40,000 bases of DNA from NCBI RefSeq assembly GCF_003367375.1, contig NZ_CP031416.1, forward strand, positions 3,900,674 to 3,940,673, written 5' to 3'. Under the pieces are notes generated by a model. It ran no database searches and was not told where the DNA came from. It saw only the letters and a list, made by a program, of their open reading frames with translations. The position numbers were made by a program, and so were the translations under genes. The stretch is from Gallaecimonas mangrovi. Lineage in GTDB: Bacteria; Pseudomonadota; Gammaproteobacteria; Enterobacterales; Gallaecimonadaceae. Of the stretch, positions 18,524 to 24,247 are shown piece by piece (position 1 is the first letter of the stretch; every line of letters begins with the position of its first letter).

Positions 18524-18771
18524 ATGAGTAATCTGGAGTTAGAGAAAAAATTCAGCAAACTATTATTAATGCTAGTCCTGGCCAGAAAATCGCACTGAAC
18601 TTCAGTGGTATTCCATTAATAATAGATATAAAAATGGAATTTAAAGGTGGCTGGGAAGTAACACAAACAATTATTCCCGGCAGAGCTTTTGAGTTCACCA
18701 AGGGCGAAGGAGACTTTTTAGTCAGCATTGACATAACGATGAATCCTTATGAAGGGCTTGCGAGCGCATAA
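18524..18771 (+). pseudogene. Small cassette ORF interrupted by a 1-nt frameshift in an A6 run (18545-18550)
   Basis: The ATG at 18524 reads MSNLELEKK and then leaves frame. The +1-shifted frame continues IQQTIINASPGQKIALNFSG...EGLASA to a TAA at 18769-18771, which lies inside the attC 5' box. Confidence 0.45.
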
Positions 18772-18865
18772 CAAACCAAGGCAGTGGGACGATTACATGC
18801 AGGCTCCCGTCACTTCGTTCCGTATTTTAGCCTGCATGTACTTGCCCCTGCTTGGGGCGTTAGGG
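18766..18865 (+). repeat. attC-like recombination site (classical type)
   Basis: The 5' box is GCATAAC and the 3' box GTTAGGG. The arms CCAAGGCAGTGGG / CCCCTGCTTGG pair, with an extra unpaired base in the 5' arm. There is a perfect 12-bp inner inverted repeat, TACATGCAGGCT (18794-18805) / AGCCTGCATGTA (18829-18840). Confidence 0.65.
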
Positions 18866-18904
18866 CTACCACATCGTTAAAATAACCAGCATAACGAATA
18901 AACC

Positions 18905-19891
18905 ATGAAGGTTAACTATTTCGGTTACTGTATAAGAAACCATGTAACAGGTCAGAAAATGCTATTTGACCTTAGAGATTTTTTGAAGGCATATTGCCGC
19001 CATGCCAGTACAGCATTTAAAAACAACTTTTTCCATAATGATGAGCATGTGTATCTTATTCATCATTTTGGAGATACTTTCCTTTTCTTAATTACAAGAA
19101 GCCATGAACTGATTAAGAAAGTGAATACTAATAATGTTTCCGTTGGTGAGATTAATTCGCTACTTGAACAAGATGAGCAACTTGGGTTCGCATCTTACTT
19201 ACATATAAAAGAGGATCATTTCGGGTTTGCATCTACATTGCTCGCGCCTAGAGTGGATGTTTTTACAACACACATAAATAACCTCCTTGAATCACTTGGA
19301 ATCCCTAATTTAAATTTCTTGCCACAAGCCTTGCTTTATCAAGCAACAAAAGAAGAAGCATTGTCGCTGCCACATATTGGGAGGACTACCATTGAACTGT
19401 CCAAGGAAAACTCATTTGTACAGGACATACTTGCGTCAATTTCCGCAAACACGACCGATACAATTGAACTTGATGGCATTGAGATCGTAATAAAGCCTAA
19501 GTCAAGAAAGAACATAAAGCCTACTGTTAGTAAGTTTCTATCATCTATCCCTGATGATGGCGTCGAGCGGATGATTATGAAAGCGAGAAATGAAGGTGCT
19601 TCTCAGATGACTGATTTATATCTGGTTGGTCGTGGAGCCATTTCAGATAGCGTGGATAAATCACAAGAAACTCGTATACCATCTCTATTAGAAGAGAAGA
19701 TGAATAGAAATAGATTTTTACAAGACAAGTTAACGGAGTACAGGGCTGATGAAGGTTTCGAGGAAAATTCTCTTGATGTTATTGTTCGGTTTACTGACGC
19801 TAGTGCCTGGGCCGATCTTTTATCTGATGTATTGCAAGATAGTAGCGATAGACCCGAGTTGGTCGATGAGCCTGATAGAACAGAAGAATAA
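18905..19891 (+). CDS. RexA-like abortive-infection protein
   Basis: The gene is AT-rich. By recollection it is collinear with lambda RexA. HVYLIHHFGDTFLFLITR matches NYLYIHKIDGKTFLFTKT, and EQDEQLGFASYLHI matches ADDESLGFPSFLFV. HIGRTTIEL matches FIGRTTVKV, and IEIVIKPKSRKNIK matches LDIVIKPKFKRDIK. Confidence 0.6.
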   Translation: MKVNYFGYCIRNHVTGQKMLFDLRDFLKAYCRHASTAFKNNFFHNDEHVYLIHHFGDTFLFLITRSHELIKKVNTNNVSVGEINSLLEQDEQLGFASYLHIKEDHFGFASTLLAPRVDVFTTHINNLLESLGIPNLNFLPQALLYQATKEEALSLPHIGRTTIELSKENSFVQDILASISANTTDTIELDGIEIVIKPKSRKNIKPTVSKFLSSIPDDGVERMIMKARNEGASQMTDLYLVGRGAISDSVDKSQETRIPSLLEEKMNRNRFLQDKLTEYRADEGFEENSLDVIVRFTDASAWADLLSDVLQDSSDRPELVDEPDRTEE

Positions 19892-20216
19892 TCTTGCTGT
19901 AATTGTAGCGACATTTGCATTTACTATGCTTGGATTTTTGGCAGCAGTGATAACAATCCTATTCTCTTTTTCTCGGTCTAGCACATTTAAAAAGTACAAG
20001 CGCAAAGGGCATTTAGATGTATTCTTCTTTGTCTACTATTTTGCGATAGTAAGCCTTGTTGTTACTTTTGTACTCGCTTTATTAACATTGGCTAGTGGTA
20101 ATGGATTATGGGCAATGCGAGGTGGACTGATGTCGACAGTCAATAATTTGGCTCAAATCACTTTACTGACTGTAATCATTGTAAATCTAAGCCGTAGGGC
20201 AATGAACGAGCCCTAA
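19749..20216 (+). CDS. RexB-like small membrane protein (4 TM from ATG 19749; 3 TM if ATG 19866)
   Basis: Its size and hydrophobicity pattern resemble lambda RexB, with a central basic loop (SRSSTFKKYKRKG vs GSRTRRLAKIRE). GGAG lies 10 nt before the ATG at 19749. The TAA stop is inside the CCCTAAC box of the next attC-like site. Confidence 0.55.
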   Translation: MKVSRKILLMLLFGLLTLVPGPIFYLMYCKIVAIDPSWSMSLIEQKNNLAVIVATFAFTMLGFLAAVITILFSFSRSSTFKKYKRKGHLDVFFFVYYFAIVSLVVTFVLALLTLASGNGLWAMRGGLMSTVNNLAQITLLTVIIVNLSRRAMNEP

Positions 20217-20354
20217 CAAGCGGCAGCAATCGGACTTACAAAACTGTCACTTGTTTTGCCAAAAAAGTGGCAAGAAAAACGTGGGACACCCACTTCTATA
20301 TCCCAATAAAATCAAATGGTAACGAAGCCACCTGCTTTTGGGGCCCCTTTAAGT
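20211..20354 (+). repeat. attC-like site, large conserved type (B-type), copy 1
   Basis: It starts with CCCTAACAAGCGGCAGCAATCGG. The conserved centre is ACCCACTTCTATATCCCAATAAAATCAAATGGTAACGAAGCCACC. It ends CTGCTTTTGGGGCCCCTTTAAGT. Confidence 0.5.
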
Positions 20355-20560
20355 GAAGCGCTGAGTGGAAAGGAACGTGAGTGGGCACGAGGCATGGACG
20401 CCGAGTGAGCGGAAGAAGGGCAGGATGCCCGTGTGCAGCGACCGCGGTAAGTGACTGGAAGCGAAGCAATAGCGTAACGCCGGGGTGTCGTTCTTTGCTT
20501 ACTTTCTTGGACAAGCAAGAAAGTAAGTCGCCCGCCGGGGCGAGTCCCGGCATTAACACA
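20349..20560 (+). repeat. E-family structured element, copy E2 (possible ncRNA)
   Basis: It begins at the TTAAGTG box and has GAGCGGAAGA and the GGGC-AGGAT-GCCC hairpin. A 12-bp hairpin CTTACTTTCTTG/CAAGAAAGTAAG follows. The GCCGGG/CCCGGC arms close the 3' domain. Confidence 0.7.
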
Positions 20561-20650
20561 CCAACCAGCGAATGAGGAAACTGAAGGTATAGCCATCTTT
20601 TTTATTAGTTTTCTCTAGAATTGACCTTTGTTTAAAAATGGTAAGACCCG

Positions 20651-21391
20651 ATGTTAAGACCAGAAATATTAAAAAGAGTAAAAGAAGAAATAGATCCATC
20701 ACTTTCTATTACGAAAAGAACAACTCCAGTTCCATACTTTGGGGATTATGATAATGCAAGAGCTTGTACTATCTCATTAAACCCAAGCGACCGAGAGTTT
20801 TGTGATAAAAATGGTGAAATTCTAATTCCAGAAAAAACAAGACTATGTTCAAGACAAGAACTTGAAAGAGAAGATTCTCAAGAGTTAACAGATTCAGAGG
20901 CAATAAAGGTAATCGATAATTGTAAAAATTATTTTAGAAAAAATCCTTATAAGTTATGGTTCAATAAATATGAAGAGTTCCTAAAGCAGTTTGAACTTTC
21001 ATACTATGATGGGTCGGCTGTACATCTTGATATTGTTCAATGGGCAACGACACCTTTTTGGAATAAGCTAAGTTCAGATACAAAAAGTATCCTTTTAAAA
21101 AAAGACCTACCTTTTTTAAAGCTGCTATTAGAAAAGAATTTTGATTTTATATTTCTAAATGGATTAACAGCTGTGACTGAAACAGCAAATGTTTTAGATA
21201 TCAGTCTGAATGCTATTCCATCAGAACTAATAGATGGTAAAGTCTCCCAAGTTTTTCTAGGGTGGTACAATAATTCTAGAGTAATAGGATGGTCTCCATA
21301 TATTCAGTCAGCATCAGTTGGCGGTTATAATAAAATAAGAAAAATTGCAGAAAAAATTATATCTGAAAATAGAAAAGACCTCATAAAATAA
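20651..21391 (+). CDS. Hypothetical cassette protein (very weak resemblance to UDG-superfamily motif order)
   Basis: An AT-rich 246-aa ORF followed immediately by an attC-like site. The order ACTISLNPSDRE ... IFLNG ... GWSPY loosely recalls UDG/MUG folds. This is speculative. Confidence 0.5.
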   Translation: MLRPEILKRVKEEIDPSLSITKRTTPVPYFGDYDNARACTISLNPSDREFCDKNGEILIPEKTRLCSRQELEREDSQELTDSEAIKVIDNCKNYFRKNPYKLWFNKYEEFLKQFELSYYDGSAVHLDIVQWATTPFWNKLSSDTKSILLKKDLPFLKLLLEKNFDFIFLNGLTAVTETANVLDISLNAIPSELIDGKVSQVFLGWYNNSRVIGWSPYIQSASVGGYNKIRKIAEKIISENRKDLIK

Positions 21392-21497
21392 TTTAGCGGA
21401 TCTTGAAATTTACTGGTTTTGCAAAACGTAGAATACCCACCTTTATATTCAAATAAAATCAAAAGTTAACGAAGCCACCAGCCTTCGCCCGTTAAGT
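21389..21497 (+). repeat. attC-like site, B-type, copy 2
   Basis: It starts at the stop codon (TAATTTAGCGG). The centre is ACCCACCTTTATATTCAAATAAAATCAAAAGTTAACGAAGCCACC. It ends with a canonical GTTAAGT (21491-21497). Confidence 0.5.
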
Positions 21498-21711
21498 GCA
21501 GCGCCTCGCGGGAAGGAGTGGGAGCTGACTTGAGGCAAGGATGCCGAAAGAGCGGAAGACGCGTCGGGAACGCGTGTGCAGCGGTCAGCGGTAAATGACT
21601 GGTAGCGAGGAAATCGCGGAACGTGGGTTGTGCTTTTGGTTGGGCAGCCCCGCTGACTTTTGGCGTAACAAAAGTAACCCGGCTGCCGGGCCGGAACCCG
21701 GCGTGTAACGG
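21492..21711 (+). repeat. E-family structured element, copy E3 (possible ncRNA)
   Basis: Paired helices are CCTCGC 21504-21509 with GCGAGG 21605-21610, GCTGAC 21523-21528 with GTCAGC 21584-21589, and GGCA-AGGA-TGCC. Further helices are ACGCG-TCGGGAA-CGCGT and ACTTTTG-GCGTAA-CAAAAGT. Confidence 0.7.
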
Positions 21712-21761
21712 AACCAGCAAGTATCATCAGGCAAGCAACTGACGCCCAATAACACAGACCA

Positions 21762-22553
21762 TCAACCCCAACCCTCCAAAACCTCCCCCAACACCTTCGC
21801 CAGCCCCTGTGGATTCTCCCACGCCATTGAATGCCCAGCGTCTTCCACCAAGGCGATATCAATGCCTTGAGCGGCCAGGATGTCAGTATCCGGGTCCGGC
21901 AGCGAATGCACACCAAACACAAAAGCTTTGGGGACCGGCAGCGCATAAAAGCGTTGCCGCCAGGATGGGCTGCCACCGGCGATAAGAGACACCGCCTCGC
22001 GATGCACTGCCTGGGGTAGACAAAGGCGCATACTGGCGGCCCACAGCTTGCCGCTGGGGTCGGCGCTGTCAACACTGCGGGCAATAACCTGCTGGTGACC
22101 GCAGTGAACGTAGTCTTGCTCGCTGATGGCGGCGATTTGTTTACTGAACATGCCGCCACCGGCATCGAGGTTGGCTTCACTCAAAACAAGGCCCGCCAGT
22201 TGCTCGGTAATAAGGCCCGTAAGCTCAATGGCCACAGAGCCGCCGCGGCTATGGCCGTACAGGTAGCAGCGACCCAGTTGCAAGCTTCGGATAAAGTCGG
22301 CCAGATACTGTGCGTGGGCGCTGATGCTGTAAGCAAACGCCTCGGGCTTGTCGCTAAAACCCGCCCCTAACAAATCCACCAGAATGCAGCGGTGGCCTTT
22401 GTGCGCCAAGCGGGTAGCCACTTCGGGGTAATCAAAGGAAGAGGCGCAGCCGATACCGTGAATAAAGACGATAGGCGTATTATCGCCGGGCAAGTCGTGA
22501 TAGCGCACATAAGCGCCTGCTGACGATACGAAAAATCCTTTCACCCTTACCAC
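21762..22553 (-). CDS. Alpha/beta-fold hydrolase
   Basis: It has IVFIHGIGCASS (oxyanion region), the nucleophile elbow YGHSRGG, and a C-terminal DAGH catalytic-His region. The start is GTG. The gene is antisense to the attC polarity. Confidence 0.75.
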   Translation of the reverse strand: MVRVKGFFVSSAGAYVRYHDLPGDNTPIVFIHGIGCASSFDYPEVATRLAHKGHRCILVDLLGAGFSDKPEAFAYSISAHAQYLADFIRSLQLGRCYLYGHSRGGSVAIELTGLITEQLAGLVLSEANLDAGGGMFSKQIAAISEQDYVHCGHQQVIARSVDSADPSGKLWAASMRLCLPQAVHREAVSLIAGGSPSWRQRFYALPVPKAFVFGVHSLPDPDTDILAAQGIDIALVEDAGHSMAWENPQGLAKVLGEVLEGWG

Positions 22554-22591
22554 CCCGTTTGTAGTCCACGTTTTTGCGGCGGTGATATTAC

Positions 22592-22690
22592 CTGAACAAA
22601 GTCAGATCTCTAACGAAGCTAGCTGCTTTTGGGCCCCAATAGCGTAACGCCCGGCGGATAGAGAAACCGAGTGGCATCACACCAATAAAA
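22592..22690 (+). repeat. Degenerate junction: internally deleted attC-like site fused to a deleted E element (mini copy E4)
   Basis: CTGAACAAAGTCAG...TCTAACGAAGCTAGCTGCTTTTGGGCCCC runs directly into AATAGCGTAACGCC and then CCCGGCGGATAGAG. The TTAAGT box and both E domains are missing. Confidence 0.55.
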
Positions 22691-22732
22691 AAAGCAATTC
22701 TTCCCTTTATAACCAAACTAAAAAAGCCGACC

Positions 22733-23479
22733 TCACCCCGGCTGCGCCACCAATACTCCCTCAACGGCAAGCACATCTTGCAAGTGTTTAATAAGCAGCC
22801 CTGAGTAGGTTGCGTCATCATAATGATGGTCGCAGGGATCTTTGTTCAAAAGATAAGGGGCAACCAGACCATCTGGCCCTAAAGACTCGTTGTCTAACCA
22901 AAGGTAGTGGTGTCCCTGCTGTTGGCAGTAGCTTGCCATTTGTTTGTTAAAGGCCAGAGTCAGTGCGGTTCTTTGCTGTTGGGTGGCATTGATGTCGTTG
23001 CGGATATTCGCAATTTCGCCCCAGTCGTTATCATCCCTGATAGTTGGCATTGGCGTAGAGATACAGATAACCGGCGCTAAGGCGGCCACCTCGGCAATAA
23101 AGGCCTGATAGTTATTGACGGCTTTTTCCAGCATCTCAGCGACTGGAGCCTGGTATTTCTCGGCCCGATACCAAATGACAAACCCGGTATCGACCTCACC
23201 GAGCAGCAGCACAATATAGGCTGGGCGAGCCGACTTTAACGCCTTGCGGAATTTATCCAGCGCCTTGGTCTTGGAGTTCGGGTTTTCCAGGCCAGAAATG
23301 GTTGCGCCGCCCACGGCGCAGGTTGAAACAAAAAAGCCTGGGAACGCTTTTTTTAGAAGCTCTTTTTTAAAGACACTGGCATGAGAGTCCCCCAACACCA
23401 ACACCTCTTGCAAATAAAAACGCTTAAAATACTTCAGTACGCGCTGAATACTTTTTCGCTTTAGAAATTTTACTGCCAT
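22733..23479 (-). CDS. SGNH/GDSL-like hydrolase-type protein (tentative)
   Basis: VLVLGDSHASVF resembles SGNH block I, and a DHH lies near the C-terminus. The start is taken at MAVKF (23479). The gene is antisense to the attC polarity. Confidence 0.4.
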   Translation of the reverse strand: MAVKFLKRKSIQRVLKYFKRFYLQEVLVLGDSHASVFKKELLKKAFPGFFVSTCAVGGATISGLENPNSKTKALDKFRKALKSARPAYIVLLLGEVDTGFVIWYRAEKYQAPVAEMLEKAVNNYQAFIAEVAALAPVICISTPMPTIRDDNDWGEIANIRNDINATQQQRTALTLAFNKQMASYCQQQGHHYLWLDNESLGPDGLVAPYLLNKDPCDHHYDDATYSGLLIKHLQDVLAVEGVLVAQPG

Positions 23480-23616
23480 TGCACCGCTTCTTTTCGAACA
23501 GCTGCCCATTTTTAGCTCGCCGCAGCCAACATTAACTTTCACTAAAATAATGAGGCGGCCATAGAAAAAGCCGTCTTTAGCGGTCTGTATTTTTTCGTGA
23601 AAACATGACCTTGTTT

Positions 23617-23767
23617 GTTAAACAATCGTGCAGCAAATCACCCGCACAGTCGCAAGGCCATTAGCGTGCTGATGGCACTATTAGCAAATAGACGTGGGGC
23701 ACCCACTTCTACATCCCAATAGAATCAAAAGTTAACAAAGCCACCTGCTTTTGGGGCCCCTTTAAGT
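23617..23767 (+). repeat. attC-like site, B-type, copy 3
   Basis: The 5' arm GTTAAACAATCGTGCAGCAAATC parallels CCCTAACAAGCGGCAGCAATCGG of copy 1. The centre and 3' end are nearly identical to copy 1 and end in TTTAAGT (23761-23767). Confidence 0.5.
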
Positions 23768-24141
23768 GAAGCGCCTTACTGGCGGGAGTGGGAGCTGATG
23801 CGAGTCAGGGATGAGAGGCGGCCAGCTTGGTCAAACTGAACACGCGTCGGGGCGAAGCTTGCGCATCAAAGTGCTGCTTTGATGCTGCTGAGCGCGAGCA
23901 CAGGACGTGGCGAGCCGGAATGCTAGCAACACGGGATTCAATCAGGACACCGCGACAAATTTGCCAGGAGCAAATTTGAATATCGGCGCTTGCGACGATT
24001 ACCCGTTAGGGCGAAGACCGTGGATGGTCTGAGTAAACGTGGGCAGTGCTTTTGGTTGGGCAGCCCCACTAACTTTTGACGTAATGTATACAACGTAACA
24101 AAAGTAACCCGGCTGCCGGGCCGGGACCCGGCATTAAAAAC
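23762..24141 (+). repeat. E-family structured element, copy E5 (expanded first domain)
   Basis: It has the same start and the same 3' domain as E3. About 0.2 kb of extra hairpins sit in the first domain, for example CATCAAAG-TGCTG-CTTTGATG and CAAATTTG-CCAGGAG-CAAATTTG. Confidence 0.65.
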
Positions 24142-24202
24142 CCGGCGGATAAAGGGATCACCCGTTTCAACAAACCCCAAAATCCACTAAACCCAACCCA
24201 CA

Positions 24203-24230
24203 AAAAAGCCGCCCTAGGGCGGCTTTTTTT
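24203..24230. terminator. Hairpin terminator at the right array/core boundary
   Basis: AAAAAAGCCGCCCTAGGGCGGCTTTTTTT lies just downstream of the minus-strand peptidase gene. Confidence 0.8.
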
Positions 24231-24247
24231 ATTCGCTAACTACACCG

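Larger units (their letters stand above)
17650..24195 (+). mobile_element. Integron-type gene cassette array without integrase in the window (CALIN-like)
   Basis: It contains one classical attC-like palindrome and three larger conserved attC-like sites ending in (G/T)TTAAGT. ORF stops are embedded in the 5' box of the sites. AT-rich ORFs lie between GC-rich core flanks. No tyrosine recombinase ORF appears in any frame. Confidence 0.6.

Noticed and set aside
20349-20560. E element as a remnant of an attC-targeting group IIC intron.
   Set aside because: There is no domain V-like 34-nt hairpin with the catalytic triad, no GUGYG 5' end at a consistent position and no reverse-transcriptase ORF. 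The element is much too short for a group II ribozyme.
20472-20560. 3' domain of the E element as a second attC, which would make E an ORF-less cassette.
   Set aside because: The arms pair well (GCCGGG/CCCGGC around an internal hairpin). However, the flanking boxes (GCGTAAC…ATTAACA, GCGGAAC…GTGTAAC, GCGTAGC…GTATAGA) do not form the AAC/GTT pairing expected of R''/R'. I left this as an open possibility and did not call it.
20296-20596. ORFs of 60-94 aa on both strands inside the E elements. Others lie at 17900-18233, 21466-21720 and 23938-24180.
   Set aside because: The copies are conserved at the level of paired nucleotides, with compensatory changes. The frames and lengths of these ORFs differ between copies. 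Apparent peptide similarity such as PGSRVTFVT only mirrors the conserved GC-rich hairpin.
21524-21550. Hammerhead-like strings inside the E elements: CTGACTTGAGGCA...GAAAG in E3 and CTGATGCGAG at 23796-23805 in E5.
   Set aside because: The CUGANGA and GAAA core nucleotides are not conserved between copies, and the spacing does not fit the three-helix junction.
21449-22180. 243-aa minus-strand ORF spanning E3 and the 3' half of the alpha/beta hydrolase gene.
   Set aside because: It is a shadow frame of the GC-rich hydrolase gene, which has clear catalytic motifs in its own frame. It runs through non-coding repeat sequence.
17641-24247. tRNA or tmRNA gene as the island integration target, and CRISPR-like spaced repeats.
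   Set aside because: I saw no cloverleaf-compatible sequence or GTTCRANYC T-loop at either boundary. The repeats present are long, irregularly spaced and structured, unlike short CRISPR repeats with uniform spacing.
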